A stretch of DNA of 64,000 nt, taken from contig NMRA01000518.1 in assembly GCA_002633005.1 (NCBI GenBank), forward strand, positions 186,001-250,000, read 5' to 3'. The position numbers and the translations under genes were made by a program. This DNA is from Phoronis australis. Lineage: Eukaryota; Animalia; Phoronida. Positions 50,303 to 62,560 of the stretch are shown here, piece after piece (positions within the stretch are counted from its first letter, which is position 1; each line of letters starts with the position of its first letter). Under the pieces are notes generated by a model. That model saw nothing but the letters and a program-made list of their open reading frames with translations, was not told the DNA's origin and did not search any database.

Positions 50303-52826
50303 TGATACGCCGTAAAATGTAACAATTTCGTAAAATGTACATTTTACGTTGCTATGCCTCTCCTAAAATGTAACAATTACAACTTGTTACATTTTATGTA
50401 ATTGTTACAATTTACGTCGAAAACACATGCGATAAATGTACCAATGCTACATTTTACAAAAGTGACGTCATATTTCATGAGTTTGCATGGTATTTGTCAC
50501 ACGGAGGAAAACGGTTCAAACACTTAACGCCTTCTTTCTCGGATTGTTTGAATGAAATTCTATCAAATGTGCCAGCTCGAATTTATAGATGTGTCCCTAT
50601 GTGCTTTCCATGAGTAATGTCTTGGTACACTAAAAAATGTACCACGCACATTTTCAACTACAGACGAAAGGAGTTTCCAGAATCACGTAAAAAGTTTTTA
50701 TTGTTAAAGCGTTATTGCAATCTTTTGTTGGGGATCGCACGTGATAAACCTATTGTGTATCCGGCATTACATTAAACACACTTCCCTTGGTTACCACTGC
50801 AGAAACAATGACATCCCATTTTGGCTAACATTTATCGTATCTCTTCGGGACTGAACAAACGACAGTAATATTTTTTTCACCGAGAATTCAATTTCGGAAG
50901 ACAATTTGATAGAAAAAACATCCGTTTTCATCCATGATAGTTTGATTTTTTTCAGCCAGTGTTTTATTGCCTTGGAGTCATCGCTAATGCTCCACACAAA
51001 AAGAGCAAGACCAAAGTTTCTGATGCCGACGGGTTCTGTCTACCACCTTAATTACCAATGACAATTTCTTAAAGAGATTGTGGTAGGAGGAAATAAAAGC
51101 ACGTATATATTTGCAGGCAGGTAGACAGATTTTGCAAGAGCAACACCAAATGATCGCCTTTGAGAAGGGCGATCCAATAGTTTAAAGAAGAAGTGTCATA
51201 GTAACGTGTTTTAAACAGCTTCAAGAGGCATGGAACGCGAAAGCTCGTCAAAAATACCTTTTAAACAATTCCTGACGAAAGTATCATCTCGCAACGTCTA
51301 ATACTGCGTAATAAACCTTCCCCTGTGAGGAAATTTTCTGAAAAAACGCAAAATTCCCGATTTTTGAAATACGCGCGAAGGAAAAACTGTGGTTACCACA
51401 TAGTTTCTAATCTCCCTCCCTTCTATGTTAAATGCGCATTTGATATGTTTACCCTTTTGCTACATCGCATGTAAAGCGCTTACTAAACATCGCTGACTTC
51501 GACGTTGGCGGTTTTTGTTCCATATAGCCCACATTCAATGAAACCTAGTTCAAATCAGTCAGTTAAATCACCTTGTTCTTCCTAGAATATTGGGGCCTAT
51601 TCCACACAAAATTGTTGGATGTTTTGTATGTCCGTTACCAGCTGTTCTAATGACCATAGCCGACTAGTCACCATTTCTCGAAGAATGTCTGCCTCCAGAG
51701 TTTAACTTAACGCAATTTTTTAACTTACACCACGAGCTCCAGTTTTTTGAAAAGGACTTTTCAACAAGAGACAAACATGATAACACGGTGGGTATCCTCA
51801 CGTTTAGATGTATGTCGGAAGTAATAGATTACAGCCTGAATTCAGTTCTTCGTGGCAAACTATAGAACCACAAGTTTTCAACAGAATGCTTGCCGATAGT
51901 TCAGAGAAAATCAATTTTTGAAGTGGCGCACGCCTAAACAAGGTTTTAAATCTCAACCTCCCCATTTCCAAAAAGTAGGCCTACTCTGCATCCACATCTG
52001 TCAAAACGTTAGGCTGAACATAGGAACCCATTTAAAATCCATTTGAAATAGCACTGTCCATTATGGGAAGCCCGGTGAAAACACTGAACCATAAATGAGA
52101 TGATTTTAAAATCTTTGAGGACCATGGTATATTAGCACTTTGCTGAAGCATATACTGTGTATTGCTCGTGTCCTCGTTAAATAAGTTAAAAAAACATTAA
52201 TAATGATAATAATAATGATACCGATATCGATAACAATTCTTAGTAGTGAAAGTAGTAGTAGTGATGTCAGTAGTAGTAGTAATGGTAGTATTAGCAGTAA
52301 TAGTAGTAATAGTAATGTAATAATAGTAAAAATGACGACGGGTTGCCAGATTCATGCTGTGTCAGCCCGGAGGCATTCCTATGGAAAAGGTATACGAGAA
52401 GTGCCGCCCAAAAGAGTGTTTTTACAGTAAAAATACTCTCCAAAATGATGTCATTTTTGACAAAATACTCTCTGAATTTCTGGAACACGACTGTGCGAAA
52501 ATGTGAATTTTTACACAGAAATAGTCTTTAAATTGGTAATTTTTTGTCCGAGCCCACTCTCTAAACGGGTAGGTATCCAAATTTTTCAAGCGGCACCCCT
52601 CGTCCAAATATACTCAAGTACGCCCCGGCCGTGTCAGATACCACTTGTTCTTGATTTTGGTCGTTTTCTTTGTAATATGACGTTGGTTTCGTAAAATCTA
52701 ACAATGGTACATTTCTTGCATGTGCATTCGACGTAAAATTCAACAACAACGTAAAATGTAACAACTTGTTACATTTTAAGAGAGGCTTAGCAACCTAAAA
52801 TGTAACAATGACATAAAATATAACAG
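50303..52826. mobile_element. ~2.5-kb element bounded by ~150-bp repetitive TIRs (Ginger-like by inference), containing a nested family A fragment at 51224-51438
   Basis: 50303-50473 and 52673-52826 are inverted copies built from TAAAATGTAACAA motifs. Confidence 0.6.
52201..52330. repeat. (AAT)/(AGT)n low-complexity tract
   Basis: Degenerate trinucleotide runs. Confidence 0.8.
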
Positions 52827-52828
52827 TT

Positions 52829-53149
52829 GCTAGTCACATGAATGTTATCGTGTTGTTCATAATCTCCGCCTTCATCGTCATGATCGTCGTCGTCGTTGTC
52901 CTCCCCATCGTCCTGTTTTCGCGTAATTTCGCCAAGTGTCGCTCCTCCGAGCGCTCTCGCACTGTTGCCAGTTTACCGGGTGCGTGAACAAGACTGCAGG
53001 GTATTTCTTACTGATTTGTTCGCTAGTCACATGAATGTTATCGTGTTGTTCATAATCTCCGCCTTCATCGTCATGATCGTCGTCGTCGTCCTCCCCATCG
53101 TCCTGTTTTCGCGTAATTTCGCCAAGTGTCGCTCCTCCGAGCGCTCTCG
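52829..53149. repeat. Near-identical ~130-bp direct duplication (52829-52959, 53022-53149)
   Basis: The copies differ by one 3-nt indel in a GTC run; 62-bp spacer. Confidence 0.9.
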
Positions 53150-53168
53150 TTCTGTTTTTTACTCACAG

Positions 53169-53308
53169 ATTAGATGTGGCCTCCGGGCTTGGGTTGAACT
53201 GGTAGCTTGTTATTGCTTAAACCTGGCTCACTAATTTGGTCTGACCTTCAGGCGGGGCATAGTGCACCAAACATCTACGAGCAATAACAAAGTTTGAATT
53301 CTTCACAG
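53169..53308 (+). other. Candidate non-coding (5' UTR) exon of the GPCR gene
   Basis: Acceptor TTCTGTTTTTTACTCACAG| and perfect donor CAG|GTAAGT; 140 nt; lies upstream of the GPCR ORF, which has acceptors at 56040 and 56050. Confidence 0.45.
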
Positions 53309-53953
53309 GTAAGTTATTCAGGTAAAAATTTAGTCTTTTTCACAGAAGACGGATTCATAGCAGTTGGAGGAATTTAATTCGAAGGGAATCTGGAAGCCAG
53401 AAAACGCCATCTGAGCGGCACATTTTGAAAATAAAAATTTTGTTTGTACTTTCCAAGAAGTTCAACCCACATTGTTTGGGCTAGGGGTAGGCTTTGTGAG
53501 TCTCCTCCTAAAACCCTTCCCAGGGATACGTCCACAGAAGGTTTATACAGGACATGACACAAACAGATTCTTTATAAAATGGTACCTTTTCAAACAAGAA
53601 AAATGCTACCAGAAGCCTTTCTCATATATACAACAGGTTTCACTCCGAGAGCTCAAAACACTGCACATGGTACATTTTACTACTGCAGAAGCGTTTTTAA
53701 TACGAAGACTGTAATTTTCAAACTTTGCTAGCTAGAGATTCACTTTTGCAACACAAGATCTCTGAGGACTTCTTCAGGCTGTCCACGAACAGAGCCACTA
53801 CAAAAGGTTAATTTTATGGAATTAACCCTCATGACTCCCGTCCTCGGGCCACAAATCTTTGTTAGTTTGAGTCTTAACCAATGGATCTTTTTGAGTCACT
53901 ATCTAAATGGGTAGAGATTCTCTCTGTACTAAATTATCCATCAAACTAAAGCT

Positions 53954-54396
53954 TAGGGCCCATTCGGGACACTTCTCGGGTATTTTTGTAGCTATAAATT
54001 TACCCTCAGAACATCCAGAACACCTTAGGTATTTTCGTAGTAAAAGATTTCCTGTCCAAACATCTAGAATACCGTGGGTATTTTGATAACCTCAAATATC
54101 TCCTCGGAGATGAAAGTTATCTGGGTGGGCACAGTCTTCCAAAATATACAAGTAGGCTGACTGAAGTTTGTACACGCGCAGATAGCGTTCACTTTTAGGT
54201 GAAATTTTAGGTTACGAAAATACCCGAGGTATTCCGGATGCCCTCACTGAGAGGTGGGTATTTATGATACGTTCTCAAACTCCGGTCATTATGACCAATC
54301 GTTCTCCAGTTTGACAGTCACGCAAGTTAAATTCACCTCCGCAGAGAAATTTGAAGCTACGAAAATAGCCAAGACGTTTCGAATGGGTTAGGGCCC
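53954..54396. mobile_element. Harbinger-type MITE with internal GGGTATTTTCGTAG repeats
   Basis: AGGGCCCATTCGGGACAC..GGGTATTTTTGTAGCT is mirrored by AGCTACGAAAATAGCC..CGAATGGG. Confidence 0.6.
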
Positions 54397-54413
54397 TCAA
54401 GTTGTGCAGAGGC

Positions 54414-54726
54414 CAGTGGCGGATTTAGGGGAGGGGGAGCAAGGAAGCCATGGCCCCCCCTAAAATTCTACCAGATACCATTTGGCAGTTCGGGTGCGAA
54501 TTGCTGACGAGCACATACGCGCAACCAGGGGGGGGCCTTGGGGGCTGAATAAACAATGCATAGGCCCTGAACAAACCCCGTTTACGGTTTTCTTTAGTCA
54601 AAAGGTCCGCAAACCCAAAATGCGAGACCACTGCTTCCCTACATTTTAGGCTGGGCGCGCGCACCTGCCGAAATTCTGGTTATTCCTGTGCCCTGCCCCC
54701 CACTCAAAATCCTGGATCCGCCCCTG
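54414..54726. mobile_element. CAGTGGCGGAT-type MITE (5-bp TSD GAGGC) carrying a nested family-M-related MITE (54514-54667)
   Basis: TIRs CAGTGGCGGATTTAGG / CCTGGATCCGCCCCTG with GAGGC on both sides. An uninterrupted relative lies at 62600-62713. Confidence 0.8.
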
Positions 54727-56128
54727 GAGGCCCCATCTCAACGCCACCGAATCCAGCTTGGCAAAGGGCAATGGAAAGCAACACTTATGGTGTTGAGGGG
54801 AGGGGGGGGGAGCTCGAGAATTGTGGCGACCCCGAGGGTAAAAAATTCTGGTGTCCTGGGAGTGAATACTGTGTCGGCCGGAAACGTGTGGAAATTGGGA
54901 GGCAGCTCAAATTGATAGTGCCTTGCGGACTTATGGCCCAAGGAAATCTTAAACCTGATGTCACTACGTGAACCTCACAACATTGAGAGTGAACAAACTA
55001 TGGCGATTTTTATTATTGATTATTTGTTTTGCTAGTAACAAGGTTCTGCCTTCCACCAATCTCTGAAGGTAAAGTTGCTAATTCTGAATTAGTAAAGCAG
55101 TGAAGGCGCAGTCTGTGATTGCCGAGTTTCATCGTCACGAACAACAGTTGCTATCGCATTAGCTGCCATGAGTGTTTCTACAGTTGGCAATTGTTACTGA
55201 TTCCGTAGCTCAATCAATGTGGGTCCCTGACCATACCAAGCTGTTGCTGGTTCGACTCTCGAATTTTGTTTGCCTAAACCTGACACTGCGAGCTAATGGC
55301 AGCGGTTACTGAACGAGATGTTTTCAATTCATAAAAAGCGTTCAAACAATGGACCTGAAGAATGCCAAGTGAAAAAAGTGATGCCAGTGTTAATTCATAT
55401 TAATTTTTACAACAAAGAATGGATAATTACATTCATTGCAGCTCAGTCTGTTGATAATACCTACTAGCTCACCAGAGAAATCCCGGATCTCGGTTTACCG
55501 GTTGTTTTTCTTTGTAAGCACGCGCATGCCAACTTCCTGGTTAAAAATGGCCAACCGACTGCGAATGTGCGCTGTACCGAGGGCTTCACACGCAACGGCA
55601 GAGTCTGAGCCTTGGGAATTCTCAGCAATTCTTGTCTTTCAAGCGCAACAAGCTGTGTAACATTTCATAAATAGTATGCATTTGTATGAACGCCACTTCC
55701 TGGGTTGATGTTTGTCGACTGGTTATGAGTACAGGCAGGAAGGCACTGGTAATGTCTTCTTAATGCAGGTTTGTTTAAAAGCATCCATTTCCTGTGCACC
55801 ATTGTTGAACAAAAATATTTTCACATTTGCAACAATCAATTCTTGGCTATCGCCAATGAAATTCAAGCCACACTTAAAAATATTATCCTGATATTATTAA
55901 TGAAGTAGACGAAAAATACTCCCCGCCTTTGTCGTTTAATTGTAATTGCAAATTAGCACTTCGATTTGTGATTGGAAGTGTGTATTTAAATCCAGACTAC
56001 CGTGATGTTATAAAGCATCCTGCTCACGCGTTGTCTTCAGTTCGTTGTAGGCCTACGACAATACAGTGCATAGTGTTCAGCCAGAACGTTTCCAAGTGGT
56101 TATAGTTGAACTTGTGCAAGGAAGACAG

Positions 56129-57481
56129 ATGCCGACAGAAATGTCTCTCATAGCCAACAGTACTGATGATTCTCTGAATATAGGCGTGAATGTGACAAAT
56201 AAGTTTACTCTAAACGTTACAACACCATCAACACCACCAGTGGATGACATAGAAGAAAGGTGGGCATATGCTTATAAACTGTCTTTTTACTTCAGTTTTG
56301 CCGTTCCCATAACCGCACTTTTGCTGAATTTCGTATCCATGGTTGCCATTCGATTCACACGCGATACATTGAAACCTTCCTTGTACCTTATTGTGCATTT
56401 GATCGTTGCCGATAGTGTCATGGCAGCCAGTAGTTTGAGTTACATGACCCATGCTTACGTCAGCGAATACACAAGACTTAGTATTCCAAGCAAACGTGCC
56501 CTACAGTGCTCAATGCATTTCACAGGACATTTTTGGGACACCTCCACATTCGCCAGTGTGCTTATTCTTTTGTGTTTGGCTGCGGAACACCTGATCGCCA
56601 TAAAACGGCCACTGAGGTATGAAGTGGTTCTCTCTCGCCCTCGTCTTCACGCGATTATGATCGTGGTTTGGATCATTGCGATTTTCTTTGGATGGAGTAC
56701 GCAATTCTTAATAATGAACTTTAATGAAGAAGAACATAACTTTAAGTATAATCCTTCGAAAGGAACAACGCGTTACTGTTACAAAATAATTGTCTACTAT
56801 TATTACAATCAGCTGACGAGAAATAACACGTATGGCGTCACCGCCATTATTATTTCAGCTACTGTAATAGTGATATCACTGTTCGTCATGACTCTGACTT
56901 ACTGTCTTATTTTCCGACACGTGTTAAACTTGCGCGCGTTAGAAGCGCTTCCTTCAGGCCCAGAATATTCCAAGAGACGAAGATCAAGCTTCAGCGTAAA
57001 CAAGAAAGCGATCAGAACCACTTTGTTGCTTTTAGGTGTCTTCATCGTTTGTTACATGCCATATTTTGTTTGGATTATTGTGTCAACATTTGCAAACAGC
57101 CAAGATTTGGTGTCCGCCATTCCGTACAAATCCGCGAGGAAATTCCTCAATTTGGTAGCCTGGCTGCTACTTTCGTCTAACTCTCTGTTCGACCCTGTCA
57201 TTTACGCGGCTCGTTTGCATGACGTTCGCGTCGGATACAAACGCTTAAGACGCGTGCTGGCCAACAGTCAAGTCTTTGCTAACGTTCTGGACTTCCTATC
57301 AAGGTGGCGTTTTGGAAACAAGCGGAAAAGATCGCGGGATTCCACAGCGAGCGGATCAAGCTTCGTGAATTCATTCACAAAACTAACCAAAAAAGACAAT
57401 GTTAGAACTTATGATACTAAAGGTGAGAACATTCAATCAATTCAGTTAGAAAATCGGCATGGTCTTATTGAAGAGGATTAA
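56129..57481 (+). CDS. Orphan rhodopsin-like (class A) GPCR, single coding exon, 450 aa
   Basis: Seven hydrophobic segments; N-terminal NST/NVT sequons; TM1 LLN, TM2 LIVAD, TM3 AEHLIAIKRPLRY, TM4 W, TM6 FIVCYMPY, TM7 NSLFDPVIY. First ATG is at 56129 (the ORF track starts at an upstream GTG). Confidence 0.93.
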   Translation: MPTEMSLIANSTDDSLNIGVNVTNKFTLNVTTPSTPPVDDIEERWAYAYKLSFYFSFAVPITALLLNFVSMVAIRFTRDTLKPSLYLIVHLIVADSVMAASSLSYMTHAYVSEYTRLSIPSKRALQCSMHFTGHFWDTSTFASVLILLCLAAEHLIAIKRPLRYEVVLSRPRLHAIMIVVWIIAIFFGWSTQFLIMNFNEEEHNFKYNPSKGTTRYCYKIIVYYYYNQLTRNNTYGVTAIIISATVIVISLFVMTLTYCLIFRHVLNLRALEALPSGPEYSKRRRSSFSVNKKAIRTTLLLLGVFIVCYMPYFVWIIVSTFANSQDLVSAIPYKSARKFLNLVAWLLLSSNSLFDPVIYAARLHDVRVGYKRLRRVLANSQVFANVLDFLSRWRFGNKRKRSRDSTASGSSFVNSFTKLTKKDNVRTYDTKGENIQSIQLENRHGLIEED

Positions 57482-58541
57482 AAACATTTAAGAATGTTAA
57501 GAATGGCTAATTTATCCATGACCTTCGTGTATTCTGTCAGTGCAGCACATTGGGGGTGTTTCACGTTCAATGACTTTACCAGTCTTAGGGCGGTTGTGAA
57601 CGTGTCGTTACTAACTTTCTCCTTTGTTAAATGCCGGCCACATATTTGTCTGGTAGGACAACATGCAGGCCAATCATCTACCAGACCTCAAAGTGTTACT
57701 GAAACCAAGCAGAACTACTTTCGACATCCAGTAACAGAACAACAACAACAATCAATCAATAAATGGCGGTTTGTCAATAACCATTTTATCGGCATTGCCA
57801 TTGGGACTTGTTCCATCAGGCTATGAAAGATTTAAAGTTGATATCAGTTGGGAGTAGACTCCAGCATGCAATATTAACTCCGAAAAGTCAAGGTGCTCTC
57901 GAGCTCGTTTGTTTTGTAAAGAATAGTGGCTCCACCCACTCGTTTTGAAAGGAATTTCGCTGAGCGGCTTTTATGAGGATTTTGGGGATATCATTGGTTT
58001 TTGCATGTTACGTGATTTGTTGTTTCTGGTGTCATTGCTGTAATTTTAGTAGAAAATGTCCGTGGTCATGAAGCATAGGCTTTTGATGTAGTCCTTCCTG
58101 GCCATGTTGTCGCGTTTTTCTTTTGGGTGTGACTCATAATTTGGTAATTAGCTGCTTTCTCTGTATATACCTTCCATTTTCATTCCTCAATTCTCAATTA
58201 TTAGTCCGATTAAGTTTTACTTCATGACATTGTTTTTCACACATGCCCACTTAATTCAAGCAACTAGACAAGTGTATTTTCAGCAAATGTAGTGTATTTT
58301 TGCAATTAATCACTGATAATGGAATGTTAAAAGAAATCTACTGTTGTTAAATTATGTATGAAAATCATTAAATTTGTTACTGTACTCCACTCTTGTTTAA
58401 TTTTGTGAAAAGCGAATTTTCTGAGTACTTTTCTTATTGAAACTCATGCTCTTGGAAAACTTCAATTAGTTAGAATTTAATGAATATTCTTTGAAGTTGT
58501 AACATTAATAGTTAACAAATGTTTATAAACAACACAGTCAT

Positions 58542-59090
58542 CAGGGCTTCCCCGCGCGTGAGCACTGATCTTGAGACAGCTCAGCTAATTAGTCTCACCG
58601 CGTGATATCTTGAGTTGGGGTTCGTCTCCGTTAGAGTGAACGTGAATATGGAATTCGCCGCCTAAGGTGGATCCATTAAGAAATTGTTTTGCATGTTCTT
58701 CCAACTGGGAGTACTTACATGTGTTTCAACTGACTTTGTTAGGGTCGCAGACGACGAACCGGCTTGACCCACTGGTTGTTACACTTCCATTTTCACTTTC
58801 AGCTATTTCGGGCTTCATGAATGTGCAAAGAAAAATCTGACCCATCTATTTTTACAGTTTACATTGAACGCTCTCTTTTACTTACAGCTGTGACACCGGA
58901 TTTGCTAATCATAACCTTGTCACCTTCACGGAATTCCGTCATTGTTGGTAGTAGTGTTTTGATAAAATGTAAGGCGGGGGATTGCTACTTTGCACCAATT
59001 TGTGATTCTGCCATGCAATACAACAAAAATCACGCACTGGGTGTTATTAATCAGTCGTGTCTTAACACATTCCAGTTCATGTGAGAAAAC
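58542..59090. mobile_element. Dispersed repeat with hAT-like left end, homologous to 18062-18430
   Basis: Begins CAGGGCTTCCC; shares blocks with the 18-kb copy, which lacks the middle part. Confidence 0.6.
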
Positions 59091-59604
59091 ATGTACTTGA
59101 ATCACTCGTTTATTTTTACTCGATTCGTTCTAAGCAAATGTTACTTTTATATGCGTTTCACATCCTTCATTGACCAATAAAGAACCGGATGCCAGAGTTC
59201 ACCAGAATTTATTGCTAGGGGGTGATTTAAAAACACTTTCGCGTCAATTGAAAGCCATGACCACGCAGAATCGCACGACTACTTGATGCGAGCAATTTCT
59301 CTATGATTTGACAGTAGCACTTTCCACCGGGCAATTCCACTTCATAACAGCGGGAAACAAACACGCGTTGCGAATACACAGACCCGCGCCTTTTATTTCC
59401 ATCCATGTTCTAAAAATGTTCCATACACGGAGGTCAAACGACAGTCTCTGGGACCAGTGCATTTGAGATATCTGTAAAAAAAACAGTGGTACACCCATAG
59501 TCCAAGCGGACGGAGATCTCCCTTAACCCTCCTGGCAAAAATACTAGTAAGTTGCAATCAGAAACTGAGTATGAAGATTTTACAAAATGTTTTAGAATTT
59601 TTAA

Positions 59605-60488
59605 AGAGGCTTGGAACGCGAAACCTCGTCAGAAATATCTTTTAACCAATTGCTGACGAAAGTACAATCTCGCAGCGTCTACAACTGGGACCATTTCCAA
59701 GAAACTCAATTAAGTTCATTTTTGACTTAAGTTAAAGATTTGTCTCAATTTCAGAAACTTTGAAACTTGCACATGTGGCAAATTAGTCAAAACAGACAAA
59801 ACTAAAGTCAAACTTAAGTTATGTTTATTGAAACGGACTGGAGACAAATTTAAGTTTTATCTTAAACTAAGTCAGTTTTCTTGGAACGAGCTACAGAGTT
59901 ATTCACTTTCCTGGTGATGGATTTTCTAGAAAAAATTCACGAAATTCACGATAATTGAAGTACGCACTAAGGAAAAACTGTAGTTACCACAGAGTTTCTA
60001 ATCTCCCTCCCACTTATGATAAATGCGCGCATGCGCTCACAGTCATTCGACAAACAGCTGACTGACAAGATGGATATTAACGGCAGATTATCATGTGTGG
60101 TTACACTTCGATTCTAAGGTAGACAGCACAGTATGACAAGTGGATTTTAGAATATATTTGAATATTACACCTTTGCTTTAAACAGTTAGGACTTTCATCT
60201 GCTTGAAGTTAACATTGTTTTTTACATCGAAGGTCACATTTTCCATCTAAGAGAAATGTGTTCCGTCTATGACTTTCCATACCAAATAAGGATGCATGCT
60301 TTGCCTTGTGAGAGAAAAATCGACGAAGAGGTGAACACTTGACAAATCGTTTTTATGAAATTTGAAACTAAATCAAAAGTGCTTAACATCAACAGAAATC
60401 TTTACGAACAAACCTTAAAAATACCTGGTGAACAGGTTGAATTCTGTGTCAGTGGCAAAGAACAACTTTGAATAATGCAATTTAGTCT
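59605..60488. mobile_element. Kolobok-type family A copy with nested insertions
   Basis: TTAA|AGAGGCTTGGAACGCGAAA. Interrupted at 59685-59896 and ~60050-60200, and cut near 60490 by another element. Confidence 0.7.
59685..59896. mobile_element. Harbinger-type MITE nested in family A
   Basis: CTG|GGACCATTTCCAAGAAA ... TTTCTTGGAACGAGCTA|CAG; absent from the 51224 copy at the homologous site. Confidence 0.7.
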
Positions 60489-61517
60489 CCGAGTAAAGGG
60501 CCGTAGGAAGCGGGGGAGGCACGGGCCGCCAAAAAATTTTTCAGGCATCAGGGTTAAACCGTGGCAACCGATTAGGCGTGGGGCCGGGGACAGTCGAGAA
60601 AAGAAATACGGACAAGAGAGAAAATTCAAGAGAACATTTAACAACTCTGCATCAGTGCATGATTTATCTTTTGAGGACCCTGGCCAAGACATTGTCGTTA
60701 GGGTCTCCGATTTTGCAGCACATGTCGTCTAAATGCACTTGAAAACGTGCACAAAATCAATTACCTACATATATTTCGAAAAATCGAGAAAATTTGTAAA
60801 GCGAAGCTTTTACGGAGCGTACTAATTTACTGCATTTTTAAATTCAATAAGTCAACTATGTTTTTCCAGATGCCGCTCTCTGGCGAAGGATAACGGAGAC
60901 AACTTTCACTTTATTTTTTTCTCCAAACTGTATATTACTTGCGAAAAATTGATGACCTGACAGATAACATCAATTGCTGCGCATTTCCCGACATTTTCAT
61001 GGGGCCCCGCCCTTGAAGGAGGCCATTGATGACATTCAATTGGCCACCCTTTTTGTGTTTTTATTAACACATTTTTAAGGGGCTGCTCACGGACAGAGGG
61101 CTCAATGTTGGAATCGATTACCTCTATTTTCCTGTTATTTTTGTGAAATTGTGCAACCGGCTTTCATGTTGAAGGAGGTTACTCCCTGCATCGTTTGGGA
61201 CAATACGACGATGGAATGCACTGTCACTCTTTTTTGCAAGCTCAAAGTGTAATTTGCATGGTCCAAGTATGTTAAATTGCAATATTATCGTCAAGGTATT
61301 GCTATTTGGGTGTATTTTATACAAATAATCGTATAATTGTATCTTTAGTTATTTTAAAAAAGCGAAAATAAAAAAAATCAGCGAAAAGTTGACCTTTGAC
61401 ATCGTGACTTGGTGTAAGTTGGGGAACACAAACTAGATCATATCTCACAATGCAGTTCATCGCCATTATATCACAGTACACGACGAACAAAGACCGCTTT
61501 CTTGGCGTGTTTTAGCA

Positions 61518-61740
61518 ATGGTACATCGGTGTGTGCGCGCTAACTGTTCTAACACCACCAAGGTGGAAGGCGTGAGCCCATTTAAATTCCCAAAAGACAC
61601 GCCTCTGGCCGCGTAATGGCATGTTTTCGTGTGCACTGCTCGTCTTTGGAAAATGACTGTCGAATCAGCCATCTGTCGCAGCCGAAATATGCTCCGACCA
61701 TTTTGAGGACGGCTGCTTCTACGACAAACACATTATGAAG
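61518..61740 (+). pseudogene. Decayed THAP zinc-finger domain
   Basis: MVHRCVRANCSNTTKVEGVSPFKFPKDTPLAA*WHVFV... / frameshift / ICSDHFEDGCF: full C2CH signature with one stop and one frameshift. Missed by the ORF track. Confidence 0.8.
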
Positions 61741-62139
61741 GTAGAAACTGGTTTTTTAAAAGGGTAAGTTGCCTTGATAATTTTGATGTCTAAAAATTCA
61801 TGACGCTTTCGCAATACCTGAACAATAACAATCTTTTTTCACAATCACCATAGTTCTCAAATGTTTAAAAATCTGTTGGTTTTCAGTGAAAGATTTAGTT
61901 ATAAATGGATCAATAAAACTAAAAGCCACAACAAATAACGCTGATCTCAAAAGATGCATGTATTTTGTATAGAATGCAGATTTTGAAATAAAAGTAAAAC
62001 TCGGTGGTAACTCAATTCCATGGTTTTGATTATTAAAGTAATCTGCTTAAAATCTTGTTTTGGTTTTTGCTTGAAGGTAATAAAAGTAGGCGAAAACTTG
62101 CAATTAGATATCGTCGTGTTTTACTTTAATCATGGACTA

Positions 62140-62560
62140 TTCTGGATTCAAATTTTTTTTTAACTTTTGAATTGCTGCTGTTGTGCTTTCGATAATAAAT
62201 GAAGTGTGGGAGAACACCTTGCACTTAGTACGGATCAAAGAGAAGCTAGTGATCTCAAGTTGCAATTTTCTTAGAAATTGATGCCCCTCCAATGCCGACT
62301 GCTGGTGCTCCAGATGTGTCCAAGGAGGATGCCGTGGCACAGATCATGGATCCGTTGTCCAGATAAATTCAGACTAGCTGCTTTGTCAATTGACAGCACT
62401 GGAATTACTTTCCGTCACGTATTTGACAGTCACTACCAATGTTTTGGATTAAGTTTTTGAGGGTTGGTACAGATAGCAATACCAGAGTGTTTATAGTACC
62501 AGTACAGGAAATTGTGAAAATCTTTTGTGTGTGGCATTTGGCTGTCCCGTTTGTACAGAT
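62140..62560 (-). pseudogene. Possible highly decayed LINE (RTE-type) endonuclease fragment
   Basis: The - strand segment GSMICATASSLDTSGAPAVGIGGASISKK loosely resembles the ...TSS...GGVG region of RTE AP endonucleases; several stops. Confidence 0.25.

Noticed and set aside
56066-56128. GTG-started N-terminal extension of the GPCR
   Set aside because: Non-ATG start from the ORF caller; the first ATG is at 56129.
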